Source of the DNA: Eukaryota sp. TZLM1-RC | Taxonomy: Eukaryota > Protista > Metamonada: BaSk clade | Assembly: GCA_040285825.1 (NCBI GenBank) | Contig: JAUPSS010000011.1 | Location: forward strand, 372,001-436,000 | Reading direction: 5' to 3' | Length of the DNA: 64,000 bases | Shown: positions 10,297 through 24,083 of the stretch, in pieces | How the letters are laid out: each line of letters begins with the position of its first letter | Numbering within the stretch: position 1 is the first letter of the stretch | Notes under the pieces: model-generated | Told to the model about the DNA's origin: nothing | Database searches by the model: none | Seen by the model: only the letters and a program-made list of their open reading frames with translations | Program-made: the position numbers and the translations under genes

Positions 10297-13200
10297 CTAC
10301 AATAAAGAAGTAAATCCTCCATTCTTCAACCATTTCTTATATGCTTTATCTGAACTAGGAACCCCTTCCAAATCTTGACCTGTCAGTGGGTGCTTTCTAC
10401 TCGCTAACCAAGAAAACGCTCGAACACACAACAAAACCAAGTCCCGAGGTTGGGTTTTTTCAATGGGGGTCAAATGTACACGTGGACCCTCGTCATCAAA
10501 ACAGACTTCAAACGACTTGTCTCCGACACATTGAGTCTTTATTCTTGGTAAATAAAAGCTTTTATGAATAGTTCGATCATTTGGTAACCTCAACTTCATT
10601 TTCTCCACATTCAACAGAAAAGTTCTCTCTTCTCCAACCTTGCCAAAATCTCGAGGAGAGTTTTCAGCAATCAGACAAGCAAAGGAAACCTCTTTCTGAC
10701 TGAGGGCAACAGCTACCGATTCCTTGTAAGATGGATGAAGTGAAACAATTTCAGTAACTCTTGTGGCTGGGTCCCCCACCAATCCATCATTTCTAACAGG
10801 AAAGTACTCAACTTTGATTGAACAACCAACGTCATCAGCTGACGGTACATAACGTGATTGATTGGAAACGCCTTCAATCAAAATTGATTGGCCTTCTTTT
10901 ACCCTATAGTAATTGATCCTTGGTTCACCTGAATGACCACCCTTGTAACCAGCTTGAATTGTCAATGGTTTTGAATTGTATTCACCCCCATGGAGAGAGA
11001 GTTCAGTGCAAGTAGGGTGACCAGCTTGGATTTGTGGTGTTGTGAGGTAAAATGTTTGATTGTCAACCGCAACTTGCAATTGCAATCGGAAACCCACGTG
11101 GGAGAGAGTTGGGATGATTGATTCTGACTGACAATCAGCAAGTTTGTTTGGTTTCCCTTCATGATCAATCAAAAACCATTGACAATTGTACAAAATACTG
11201 GAACTTGACCTGGAAATTTTGGCACAAACCTCATTACCTTCAGCAAATCCTCCAATTAACTCCATCGAATCAATCAAAAGTGATTGATCATACACCCTGC
11301 TTCTGTTCAAGTCCCTGGGGATACAATAACCCCCAACAATTGACTTTGATAGAATTCCAGTGGATAATTTGACTGAATCGCCCGTGATGCCATTGTCTGC
11401 AACAGCTGTGAGTAAAACGACCAAATTATGACCAATATCATCTTTGTGCATTGAATAAGCTTTACCAGAATGAATACAAAGAGTTCCCCTTTTCCACTCA
11501 TAATTGATTGTACCACTTGGACCGTGATAATCAGCAAGTACACATAGTTGGTGATTAAAATCATCATAAATTAACGTTGCATTCTTAATCAAAGGACGCC
11601 CCCAACTGATTGGTTGTGATGATGTGGCAGTCACTTGATTTCCACTGACTTTTGATTGAGAGACAGGAATGATCGAGCACTTTACAAAATGATCAACGTG
11701 ATTTTCAGAAGGTTTAAACGTTTTTTGATTGCAAACTTCTGTCCATTGTTGACTGTCTCGACTAATTGACCACGAAAAGATTGATTGACCTTCCTCTGGC
11801 CCATTATATACGTATTGAGGTTCAATAGGTTCCAGCGAGTGAATGGCTTCAGGTAACTCAATTTCAGAAATAACAGGACAATCAGAAATAACTGGACCAA
11901 AATCAGACACCATCAGCTCAGAAGTCACGTCATCTTCCCTCCTCAAAACGGAAACTTCTACGTGAATGAAACAGCCAATGTCTTCTTCTTTTATTGTATA
12001 ACCTAGTGCATTGCAGTCGCTTTGGTCTAATGACGTTTGTCGAGAAATCTTCTTGAGCGTTTGGTCAAGTTGTTTCTTTCTATACCAATCTACTATGAAC
12101 AAGGGAGTGCCGGAACCAGAATAATCAAAAGTGACGGTCAAAAACTCATCAACGACAGGACTTCCATTGACTTCTAGGTCAGAAATGACTGGTTTGACCG
12201 CCTTAATTGGTCCCAGAGGGTCAGTAACTACTGCATCACCTTCCGTTCCATCAACTCTGATAGGAATGACACGTAGACATATGTACATGTTGACATTATC
12301 TTCAGTTATGATGAATGATCGTTGATTTTTGGCTCCAACACTTTCCTTTCCATTGGAATTAATCAAGATCCATTCAATCAAGCTTGACCCTTCTTGACCA
12401 CCGAAATAATGACCCTTCATTTTGAGCTCTGTACCTTCCACTGCCTCACCATCAATTCCTACATCAAAATAGACGGGCTTACCAGCTACAACAACTTCTG
12501 ATGTGTCTCTACAGAAAGGAAGACCTACCAATCCATCAGCTCTAACCGGGACCACTTCCAATCGAAGATAATAACCTACATCATCATTGACAGGAGAGTA
12601 AATAAGGGAATTTTCAGCAACAACCTCAGAGTAATCATTCAAGATCCTCAACCAACGGTACCTTGACTTTCCTTCGACTCCACCCGAGTAAAATACATTA
12701 CCTACCAAGTCACTTCCTTGGCAGACTTCTCCTTCAAGAACAATGTCCATTACAGTTGGTTGTCCGGCTGAAACAATCTCTGAGGACATGGCCACTCTTG
12801 CTACCCCCTCAGCTCCATCGTCCCTTACTGGGAGGTAGAGGCAGCACAAAAGCCTTCCAATCTGCTCATTTGTGGGGGTGAAGTGGGGTTTATTGGCACC
12901 ATTAATCACCAACCAAATAGAACTATCAGGACTACCATCATTACTTTCAAGAGATTTAAACAATTCTTCAAGCTCATTGTTGGCCAAGCCAGCGAGACTA
13001 CCCTCGTATATCCTACTTGAGCAGAACCATTGGCAAAATGATCTTCCTTCAATACCACCAAGGTACTTACAACAAACAGAAAGAGTCTTCCCCTCAACAA
13101 CTTCTCCTTTAATTGCTAACGATTCAACTGTAGGGGGACCAGCTCCGATTGGTTGAGTAATAACAGAGACAGGGGTTCCAGGAACTTCAGCATCAGAGAT

Positions 13201-14809
13201 TGGAGTGTATTGGAAGACAAGACGATGGCCAAAATCTCCAGCTGTTGGTGTGTAAAATCTCGAATTGCTATCAGAAATTTCCAAATATTTACGTTCCTCG
13301 CCTTCCTCGACCACTCTAAACCATTGGAAAATAGAGTTACCTTCAATACCCCCAAAGTAGGTACCATAACCACAGAGAGGTTCACGTTCCACAAACGGAC
13401 CTTCCACATAGACATCAGTAACAGTGGGGAGAGCGGCCTTGACAACAGATGAGCATTTGGTAGAGTAAGTTTCCCCTCTAAACCCATCATTTCTGATTGG
13501 AACTGCTGATACGGAAATGACGTGACCCACGTCTTCCAGCTGACAGACAAACGTTCTACTAGTTGCATTGGGAATGGGAAGGTTTGACCTGTACCATTGG
13601 TATTCAATGCCTTTTTGTCTACCACCAGAGTAGCGGCAATTGACTGTCAACACGTCACCTTGGACAGGACTTCCCAGGACTTCTAGGTCAAAAAGAACAG
13701 GGGGAGCAGAAACAATGTCATTTGAAATGGCAGAATAGGTAGCAGATTTGTAATCAAGAGCAACCGATGAGGGAAACTTGACTGTCACACACGCTTTGAT
13801 TACACTGTCTACGTCATCAGAGGTTAAAACATAGGACTCCTCATTTGCTCCAGGAATAACAGCAAACTTTCCTGTACAAAGATCAAACCGAAGCCACTCA
13901 TAAATGATGGAACAATCGTTTTGATTGACAATTTGATTGGACAATTCAAATGAAACACTCATTCTTTCCTCTTCTGTAGTACTACCGTCCAGCGAAATGT
14001 TTAGCAATTCAGGGTGCAAAGATCGTTGTTGTTCAAGGTACCATTGGTTAGCAGTTTCACAGGGTTCCTCCAAAGTAGAGGGCAGATAGCCTTCCCTGCA
14101 GAGATAACACATCTTCAAAGGTAACCGTTCTGCAAGTTCCTTTTCAGATAAAGAGAGATTGGCTCCATCAATCTTGCGGAGAGTGAGTGGGTTGGTGACT
14201 CTTGTTGAAAGGATCCTGTAGTCCATGCATTCAGAAAGAGGGTTATCCAAAAGACGAAGGACTTCAAGGTTAGGGAGGAGGGGGAGTCCTTGGAAAGAGG
14301 AGATGTTGTTGGATGAACCACAAAGAACACGGAGTTCAGGGACAGCTGGCATGTCTTGGAATGAAGAAATGTCGTTTTGAGTAAAGGAGAAATGTTCTAG
14401 ATAGGGAAGGGAGGGCATGTCGGAGAGAGAAGTGAGGCAGTTGGAGTTGACGTAAAGCTGACGAAGACAGGGAAAGGAATCCAGGAATGCCAAGGACGTA
14501 AGTTCATTGTAGCCAACATCAAGGATCTTGACATTCTTCATTATGGGAATGTTGGAGATAACAGATAGGCAGTTATCGCGGAGGTAAAGAAACTAGGATT
14601 AGAAATCGTGGCGTACGTACTTCTGTTTTGGGATGAGCCCTTAGACCTGATAGAGACTTAAGACGTAACTTGTTTAGGGTAATGCGGCCATCCACAGGTT
14701 TAACATCCTCTAAAGATACAGGAGCATCAATTTTGTGTTTGGAAAAAGGTGTTTTGGGGGTACGTGGTGAGTCCAACAAGCTTCGCCGAGAACGAGGCGC
14801 TGCAGACAT
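10297..14809 (-). CDS. AIR9: AIR9-like microtubule-associated protein (LRR + A9 Ig-like repeats), 2 exons
   Basis: Basic Ser/Pro N-terminus, LRRs, many YxGGxEGxSxxxW / YTPTxxDxG / PVRxDG repeats; removing the 28-nt intron 14593-14620 gives TE|FLYLRDNCLS. Confidence 0.92.
14593..14620 (-). other. 28-nt spliceosomal intron (AIR9)
   Basis: GTACGT...TTCTAATCCTAG; removal joins the two ORFs and restores an LRR. Confidence 0.9.
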
Positions 14810-14904
14810 CGGCTAATAGCACAAAAATGTGTAACGGGTTGAGATTGCTGGAATACTGTGAATTTATTTCTGGAACACACATTTTTCCAATTTATTGAAT
14901 TTGT

Positions 14905-16867
14905 ACACCTAATTAAATTAACTCATAACTAATGGGACGACTATCATTGAACCAAGATTTCCTCTACAACATCTTGATGTGCTTGCTGTCTAGCTGAAGC
15001 TTCTCTTATTCGATTGAAAAACCGAGGTAATCTATTAATAATGGCAAATTGAATCCGTGAACGCCATAAAAAATAGCAAATCTCTTCATTGTTTTTTCTT
15101 GTACCATTTTTTGGAAGTCATTCAAAAAAGTTTCTGCTTCATCTGATAATCTTCCATTTATCGAAAATGGGAAAGCAATGAAATCCAGATGTGTATTTCT
15201 ATCGGCATTAGCCTCTTCAATATCTTTATCATATTTTCTATGTTTCTCTTTTGCTTTAAAATCAAGAGCAGTCACAGGATTAAGTTTTCTTCTGTGAACC
15301 AAAGTATCATTTGCAACATTACATGAAACAAAGTCAACAATAGCTTCAGAATTATCAATCTAATCACAGTATACATCACCTCTATCATTAGAACCAAAAT
15401 TATTCAGAGAAAGTGTTTCCTTCAGCAACAGCTCTTTGATACACGATATTCTTGCAGTTTGTGCCATATTGAAAACAGTGTTTGTAACAGCATCATGTAA
15501 TGAAGAACGATAAGTTATCAGTTTAGAGCAATTCAGAGCATGGCGCAAAGTGAGTTGAGGTGAATTCGAACAAATACATTTTTCTTTTGATAATGAATTG
15601 ATTAATGGGGATATTCAAATATAATCTCATTTTTGTTACAAATGCTTCCTTAGTGGCACACAATCCAAATCTTCGTGGTACAATGGTTACAAACAGTGAA
15701 GAATCTGATGACTTACTTTCACAAACACCCTTTTTTTAATAACAATGAGTGAAGATCTTGATTTAAAACAGCCGAGCTGCATATATTATTATAAAGATCT
15801 TTTTCATACATTCCAGCCAATCGTTTCTGTAATGTTCGAAGAGTGTACTTCAAAAATAAAACATTCTTTTCTGGAGTATTGCCATTGAATGATTGGGGAA
15901 TGCATCGATCCCATTTTTCTACATCAATTTTTGAAATTTCTTCCTTTAATGCAAAAACAGTGGAACTTTGCGTTGTCATCAATAAATCTTCCCAATCTGC
16001 AAATCCTTCGGAAAACTCAAAGATTGCATTTCTGCATCCACCAACAAAAGCACAAGAGGTAAGAATAGAAGCCTTCGACCACCCTAAACCGCCATAATGA
16101 GGACTAAGGTAAGCATGGTCTAAAATTTGGAACATTTTACATCCCAGTAATTGTGACAGAACTTTTGCACGTAATTCATTAAACTTCTGAGCCAAAGGCC
16201 TAGTGACAAGAGGATTTGTAGATCGAAAGATATGATTGAAATTGGAACTAAAACACAGTCTTATAATGGTAAATTTGATGTGTTTTTGTATATCTAAATT
16301 CAACATTCGGTCAATTTTGTCAGAAATTGAGTTCAACTTTTCAAACAATTTTTTGGTAATTTCATCATAATTTCCTAAAAACGAACCCAAAAGACGAATA
16401 GCATCAATTGAATATAATTTGGCTTGAATTTCAATACCATCAACTATTGTGGAAACTGGAAAATTCAATAACAAAACACATTTAAGTAAATTAAGTCGGA
16501 GACCAATTTTGGTAAATAATTCTTTGAAACATACAGTTGCTTGTTTCACAATATTTAAATCACCAATAAGCACAAGATCATCCATAAATGCAATCATTTT
16601 TAGCGAAGGAAACATCTCTTGAATTTGCAATAAAATAGGATGAATGGTCAAACAAAACAGAAGAGGTCCTAACGGATCTCCTTGCTTTACACCACTTGAT
16701 GAACTCAAAATGCAATCACCAAAATGCAAATTAGAATATGTGCTATATGTTGATTGAAAATACGGCATTAATTCCGGCATATATTGCAATAAAGCACCAT
16801 GGATACTGCGACGACTGAGTGAATTGAATGCATTACTAAAATCCAACAGACACATTCTAAAACTCAA
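14905..16867 (-). mobile_element. CRE/R2-like non-LTR retrotransposon family A, 5'-truncated, RT + CCHC + RLE, decayed
   Basis: LDFSNAFNS, GVKQGDPLGPLLFCL, FMDD, GGLG; downstream HALNC...H, RGDVYCD, KxxKY. Confidence 0.92.
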
Positions 16868-16989
16868 CGAAAAACCTTAACTAATGCTTTTACCTACTCA
16901 AACCCATCAATTGAATGACGGAAGCTTTTCGCTGTTCACTTCCATAGCAACTCGCTTGTTATAAAATTTTGTAATGTTATTCAAAATGG

Positions 16990-19450
16990 AGTTAATTTAA
17001 CGAGGAAGAGCTTTGAATAACGAAAACACAATTCTGTTCTTGCAAATGAGGATTTTCAACGAACAAACAAATAAAAATTTTCAAAAAGTTCTTCCAAATC
17101 AAAAAATCGAATGTACAAACACTTTCTGTGAATAGTTGTCCTAAATCATCCAAAACATTGAGACCTTCAGTTCCAATTGTACCAAAAACTGAAATAGCAA
17201 TTGGGACGAATTTGATGTTTCTGCCTATTGCTCCAATAAGACGTAGTAGAAGGGCTTCGTATTTTGATTTCTTGAAAAGCTCTGCAACTTTGAGTAATTG
17301 TTGCAGAATTGGAACTTCTTTTCCACGGAGAAAAGGTAGCACAGTCGATAATTTGTTTAGTTCCATCATACCATGCACATTGAATATCACCTCGTTTTTG
17401 GCTCAAATTGAAAATTTGGTTCATCAAACAGATGTTCTAAACGAACTGGACGATGAGATTATTTTAAAAAATCGCAAATACAATCACGAACAGCATTGTG
17501 GATAATTGATCTTTTTTGAGTGAATTTGCAGCATGAAATAACGTCATCAAAAGAACCATAAGCACCACATTTACATTTCATATTTGATAAGCATTGAGGA
17601 GGAGGTAGATTAAGTCTAATTCGCATGACTGTCGAAAATTGAATATCTGGAACACGTAATCCAAAACGGCGAGGAACTTGTGTAATCAAACAAGATCAAC
17701 TGTTGTGAATAGTATTTCAACTACACAAACAAGACAAAAATAATTTCAAAGAAAAATCACGGGAGTTGTTAGCCATGCCAATTTGGCTGTTCTGTGTTTC
17801 TGCTTCTAAATAATTAATAATCTTCTGTAGTTTAGGAACAGTTCTTGAAAAGTTTGGTAAATCTTTAGTTTCAATCGAGGTTAAGTCAACTTTTGCAGAA
17901 AAATGATTTTAATGATTTCCAGAAGACATTGGAACAAATTTCTAGGAAAGAACGTAAAAATTCTATTGCAACTGAAAAAGAGTTATAGACCAATTAAATC
18001 CATTGATGGGGAAACCTTAAAATAAGTTCATAAAGGAAATTTCTGATTTCACCTAAAACCGCAGCATTTGATGAAATGGATGAACGTGTTAGCCCAACAC
18101 CACCATGCTTGTGCGATCTAAAAGCATAAAGAGGAATATCATCAATATTATTGGTGTTCATTACTGAAACCAAAAATTGAGTTCTCTTAGTCAAATACTG
18201 TTTGTCATAGTGAGTGGTCAAAGTAAGAAGAATAGAACGAATTATGTTTTTAAATTTTTGAACCAAAAAATAACCTATCAACATGAAATTTGATGAGTTT
18301 CTTCACAAGCAAAATTTGAATTTGTGCGAGTTCAGAAGAAGCTTTTTCAACTTTTTGTTCAAATGACTGAGCAATACATTCCTCATTACCTATCAATGTT
18401 CCCAACAACCTATTACAATCATCATCATAATTCACAAATCACAATTCGATTCCCTCAAACGAGATAAAGTCATTATGTCTACCGAGCTTAGCATTTGGAT
18501 GGATTAAGTTCAAGACCAATACGACAAGTTAAAATTCCAAACAAATATGTTGCTTCTTGAACTATAGGAGAAGCACCTATTTAGGAAACATCATCCATCT
18601 ATACCACAATTTTTTTTCTGGATATTGTGACTCAAGGTGAAGAAAAACTGGATGAACAGAAAGACAAAAAAGGAAAAGCCCCATTGAATCACCTTGTTTT
18701 ACACCTGAACAAGAGGGTAAAGAATCAGTTTTCATTACTAATGAGGAGGAGTGAGCAGAATATAAAAATTCAAACAAAGGAGCGACTTCTGCAAACACGG
18801 GGGAATGTTGAAGTGCTTCAAAAATAGCACCACGTTCTATTGAATTTCAAACATTTTTGAAATCACAGACAAATGGAACATTTTCCTTTGGTAAATTCAT
18901 AAATAAATCAACACCAAGAGCAGCAACATTCCATCACAAGTTCCTGTACCAAATTCAAAAGCACCAAGAAAATCCTTAGCACTTTTCTTGATACGATTGA
19001 AAACCAGTGTAGATAACAGACGTGAGATCACTCCACCAATTGCAATGGGACGCACTCCACCATTTGACTTCGCTAATGGAATCAATCTTGAAGAACATAA
19101 TTCTGAAAGCTTTTAGAATTTTGGATAATTAAATTGTATAAACGGATCAATGAAGGTATTAAAGTATTCAGAGATTTGGCAGCACACTTTTTTTTGGTCG
19201 AGATGAAATTGCATTAGATACTTCTACTTCAGAAAAGGGGTTGAATCTCCAATAGCTAGTGGATTCAGAAGGAGACATAGAATTGTTCAGTGACTCTTCA
19301 TAAGGATGAACCTTATTCAACTTGGTAACAGTATCAGAGTTTTCAGGAACCAGCTTTTGGTTATTCATGTTTTCTGTTGTTGTTAATCTGCTGACATGCA
19401 TTTTTCGAAGTTTGGAAATAATTCCATACGTTGTAAATAGCATATTTCTC
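16990..19450 (-). mobile_element. Second, heavily decayed CRE-like RLE retrotransposon family
   Basis: PLAKSNGGVRPIAIG, GVKQGD, HGGVGL, CKCG..C..H, RGDIQCAW across frames. Confidence 0.85.
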
Positions 19451-19499
19451 AATTAGCAAAAATATAAACGGCAATTTCGATTGTTTTCACTTTCAAAAT

Positions 19500-20067
19500 G
19501 TATTGTGGTCTAATTGTTTAATAAATCTATTGTGTACATCTAAAAACTAATAAAAAGTGTAATTAGAATCTCCCTTCATGAAAAAATTTGGATCTCATTA
19601 TTGATGATCAAAGTGTTCCTTTTATCAATTATTTTGAATCAGGATTTCGTTTTTTAGGTTGTTATTTAGGCAATTTTGATGAAATTCGAAATCAACTTTC
19701 TTCTCTTTTGGATAATTTTGCAGAAGAATTGATGGTTCTTTCAGATTTAAATATTGAAAAACATCTTAAATTTTTCTTCCTCAGAATTTGTTATTCAGGG
19801 AAATTTACTCATATTTTACGATCAACATCACCATCTATTTCTCTCGAATTTTGCAGAATTTTTAATGAATTAAGAACAAAATTTTTGGCTAATTTGCTCG
19901 ATATTGATTCTTCTTTTTTACGTAGTCATATTTTTTGTAGCACAGAATTGGGAGGCCTGGATTTTCACAAATCAAAATATTTGTGTAAAGCCGCCTTTGT
20001 TGGTGGAGGCAAAAATTTCGTTTTTGAATTTTTGAAACGTTTTCGTGAAAAAATTCATCAGCATTGA
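19500..20067 (+). mobile_element. CRE-like retrotransposon RT-thumb fragment
   Basis: RFLGCYLG, HILRS, LGGL motifs homologous to the 15719-16867 ORF. Confidence 0.75.
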
Positions 20068-20249
20068 AATTCTAGTCTCTTTATACTCTAGTCTAGGAAC
20101 ATAACAGCCCTTAACCAGGACTTAGAACCTAATATCATCACACACATCGCATTGGACTAGGCTAGAATAGGCTAAATTTGGGTTTTGATTTCGATTATGT
20201 ATTAAAAAATTTCATTTATCTAATAAGGAATAAAGAATCATCAGATACA

Positions 20250-21210
20250 CAATTAAAACTCCACATCCTCAAAATCTGCCTCCCCTACATCAAAACCATT
20301 AATTGCTAAAGATTCGGAAAATTTCCCAAAAAGAAGAGAGTGAATCAGAAATTAACTTCATCATTGTCTTAAAAATGGAAAATACAATCCTGTTTTGCCA
20401 GTATACACGATTGAAAATTCTTCCAGTTCTTTCCTTTACAACTACAACAAAATCCTCAAGGAAAGCAATAGCAGCCTTACTTAAAGACCCAAGCAAGGAA
20501 AAATGTATTATTTTGTGTTTCGATTATGTAGTGGCCTAGGGTTTCAAACAAAGGCTATGGTATTTTTCCGAATGAAACAGTGGATACATTTGTAATGGAC
20601 AAGTCTTGACCTGATTCATTAGTACAGGTCCAGAAAATCTTATTGCTGGCTGTACAAGTGCTGTCATGTGGCAAAATCGTAATACTCATGGAGTAAAGAA
20701 GTTTGATAAACAGAAGTATAGACTGGTTTAAAATCAAAGCGTTGTGGTAGATACGTGTGGACAAATGTGTTTATAGAGAGGGCTTCACTAGTGAAGTGTA
20801 AAATTATGGAGGTGACATAGTTAAATTGTACATACAGATAAATAATAAAGTGAATGCAACAAGATGATCTATTGTCCATCAGTACATGCCTTTTCAAACA
20901 CCACAAATCTTATCTGTACACATTACATAGTAATTACTGTGTTGTAAGACATGAATCTAGGGGCTTAGGGATAATAATAACAGTCATTGATGTGTAGATT
21001 AAGCAAAGAGAAAACTGATACAAAGATAGTGGTTACCACTGGAAAAAGGTGGTGAAGATTTTCAACAGTGTCAATCCAAGAGTGAACGAAATCTTGCATT
21101 GAGCAATGAGTGGATGTTGAATGAGATAATGAATACTATGTGCAGATGTTAAACAAATGGTACCATCATCCTCATTGAATTAAGAGCTGATAAGTTGCGG
21201 GAAAGCCTGT
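20250..21210 (-). mobile_element. RLE retrotransposon 3' fragments (knuckle/RLE)
   Basis: FLEDF...FNRVYWQNRIVFSIFK C-terminal motif; degenerate CxC..H..C region. Confidence 0.6.
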
Positions 21211-21530
21211 TGGAAAAAAAGGGTTGAGTCTTCGCTCTAATACTCCAATCCTATGCGGAGGAGTTGCTAATCTTCTCTGTTTAGTTCCTGTTTTAGGAGA
21301 TGCCTCAAGAGTTGCCTCCTGGGCAATTCAGTAGGAATGCGAAAGTGAGAAAATTCGATGGTGGAAGAGACAGCATCACAGTGCGGAAAAATTTTGATTT
21401 TGAAAATTGCATTTGAAAGTGGATGCAAGTTTCTAGTGAAATGGGCAGTGCTATTGAGTCTGGATAAATTTTAGATTGTGTTCCCATTAAACGAAATACC
21501 CAGTTGTCGGTAGATCAATTCACTTCATTC
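21190..21530 (+). ncRNA. Orphan structured RNA-like block
   Basis: Hairpins 21242-64, 21309-29, 21407-28; stem 21435-40/21519-24 enclosing aatggg/cccatt; G-U pairs on the + strand. Confidence 0.4.
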
Positions 21531-21689
21531 TGGGAAAAAAACAGGATATCTACGAACAAATCATGTGCTGTAAATTTACTCATATCAGGATTTAAGCATC
21601 TGAAAAAAGTGAGGATAAAGGCAGGTAGTCAAATTCAAGTTTTGAATAAAAATGGAAATACGTTATATGATCTCAATGAATAGAAAATT

Positions 21690-22590
21690 TTATTGAATTC
21701 TAACACTTAACAAAATAAAATCAGAACTAATGGGAGTAAATTCAATGAACCAAGATTTCCTCTACAATATCCTGATCTGCATGTTTTTTCGCCATTGCTT
21801 CCCTCATTCGATAAAAGAACCGCAGTAGTCTATTGATTATGGCAAATTGAATTCGTGACCGCCACAAAAAGATATCAAATCATATATTGTCCTTTCTTGA
21901 ACCAATTACTGGAAATAATTCAAAAAAATTCCTGCTTCTAATAGTCTTCCGTTTGTGAGAAATGGAAAAGCAATAAAAACAAGTGGTCTATTTCTATCAG
22001 TATTAGCTTCTTCGATATCTTTGTCATATTTTCTATCTTTTCTTAAAGCCTTAAATTCGAGAGGATTAAGTTTTCTTCTTTGAACCAAATTGTCATTCGC
22101 AACATTACATGAGACAAAGTCATCAACAGCTTCAGAATTCTCAATCCAATCACAGTGTATATCACCGACACCGTCAGAATCACAATTACTCATGACAGTG
22201 TTTGTAACAGCATCATGTAATGAAGAACAATAGGTTATCAATTTAGAACAATTCAGAGCATGACGCAAATTGAGTTGAGGTGAATTCGAACAAATACATT
22301 TTCTTTTAATAATAAATGATTAATGGGAATATTCAAATATAATCTCATTTTTGTTACAAACGCTTCATTATTAGCACGTAGTCCAAATCTTCGTGGTACA
22401 ATGGTTAGCAAACAGTGAAGAATCTGATGACTGATTCTCACAAACACCCTTTCCAATAGCAATGAGTGGAGATCTTTATTTAAAGCCACTAAGCGGCATA
22501 TATGTTTAAAAAGATCATTTTCATACATTTCAGCCATTCCATTTTGTAATGTTTGAAGCGTGTATTTTAAATTTGAAGAATTCTATTCGG
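21690..22590 (-). mobile_element. RLE retrotransposon family A 3' fragment
   Basis: Matches 14905-15850; HALNC, DIHCDW, KYDKDIEE. Confidence 0.85.
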
Positions 22591-22734
22591 GAAAATAACA
22601 CTTAAAAATTAAGCACAAACATGAAATAAATAAAATATACTAAAGTTACACCAAAATATAATAAATGTTTCGTTACATCGTATAATAAATTAACTTACTT
22701 AACCCAAATACAAGTCAACAAAACCTAAATACAA

Positions 22735-22863
22735 GCCGCAGAAATTCCAAATGCTTTCTTGCCGATATTTAAGAATTTCCGCCCAGAAGTTTGGTTTTTA
22801 CTGAGATTTTGTGAATTACAAAGTTGAAATCTAGTTGAAATCTCATCTCATAAGGAGAGCGGC
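22735..22863. ncRNA. Orphan structured RNA-like block
   Basis: gccgc/gcggc closing stem encloses gaaattc/gaatttc and tgagattt/aaatctca hairpins. Confidence 0.3.
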
Positions 22864-22999
22864 ATAGGTTGACGAGGAGAATGAGTTGACAGAAAGATCC
22901 ACGAGTGCAGCAACAGAAATTGAAAGGATTTGTTATGTTAAATTAATTAAATTGATTTTTCTTGTATAAATTTATATTTTCTACGTAATGACAAAACAA

Positions 23000-23190
23000 A
23001 ACAAAACAAACCAAAACACATAAGAAACAAAATTCTCCACATCAACTCTTGAAGAATCCTTGTAAAGCTTGGACATCATTAAATTTAATTACTTTGGAAC
23101 ACTTCTATACAAAGCAAAATGACACGATTCTTCCATAAACACCGAGCAGAATTGCTACCATTTGAACGACAAAGAATGTCAAAATCATTG
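23000..23190 (-). mobile_element. 3' end of another RLE retrotransposon family
   Basis: Reverse complement matches 41380-41560. Confidence 0.7.
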
Positions 23191-23285
23191 AGAAAATTCA
23201 AACCAGATTGACCAATATTACCAAAAAACAATTAATTAAATTTTGTAAATTATCTTAGTAATAAATTTGCTGTTTATTAACAATA

Positions 23286-23981
23286 ATGCCAATTCCTCTA
23301 CAACATTTCAGGGGGAAGCAGAATGGTCTTATTTGTACTTGTGTTCAAGGTCGAGAACGAGTTGCTATAGATGAACTTTCACATAATGTATCCAGACTTA
23401 TGGACATTATAGCTCCAACTAAAGCTTCTGTATCACACCATAAAACTATCAGTTCTCAACTAGAGGAAGAGTTATCAGATATTCGTAAGGGTAAAACTAG
23501 TACTCGTATCGGCACAAAAGTGGACATTGGCAAGGTCAATTGTCTTGTGTGTTATGCTCTCCCTCAATATCCTAGTTCAACATCAATTGCTGAAGGTTTA
23601 ATGAAGGAAGCGAAATCTGGGGGTGTGTCTGCTCGCTTTCTACAAAGAATACTGCCCTTTGAGTTTGTCTGCCATTGCTCTGAAATGGCAGATATGTTCA
23701 CGCCATGGGTCAGGGATCATATACAAAACATCAAACAAAATGAAGATGGTCTCATTTCATACAAGGTTGAGTTCAAGTCTAGATTCTCCCAGAATATATC
23801 CAGAAGTGATGTCCATGCTATATTTGATGAAGTTGTTGTTCCAGGGTTCTTTGTTGACCTTGTAAATGCGAAATTTGTTTTCATTGTTGAGGTTATCAAG
23901 AATGTTATGTTTTGTGGATTGGTACAGAATTGGAATGATTTTAAAAAGTATAATATCAATAGTTTAATGGTAACCAGTTGA
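23286..23981 (+). CDS. THUMPD1: THUMP-domain protein (Tan1/THUMPD1, tRNA acetylation adaptor)
   Basis: GLICTCVQGRE, RFLQRILP, VDLVNAKFVFIVEVIK, FKKYNI. Confidence 0.85.
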   Translation: MPIPLQHFRGKQNGLICTCVQGRERVAIDELSHNVSRLMDIIAPTKASVSHHKTISSQLEEELSDIRKGKTSTRIGTKVDIGKVNCLVCYALPQYPSSTSIAEGLMKEAKSGGVSARFLQRILPFEFVCHCSEMADMFTPWVRDHIQNIKQNEDGLISYKVEFKSRFSQNISRSDVHAIFDEVVVPGFFVDLVNAKFVFIVEVIKNVMFCGLVQNWNDFKKYNINSLMVTS

Positions 23982-24083
23982 TATCTATATTTGTTTAGCA
24001 GCTGCTATAGTTTCACTTAAAGTATTTTAAACCAAAGTTCAAAGTTTATGTAAATTAAGCTTTTTATTTAAATAAATATGTTT

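Noticed and set aside
8685-14330. Numerous antisense and alternate-frame ORFs over coronin, AIR9 and other genes
   Set aside because: Shadow ORFs of real coding sequence with no motifs
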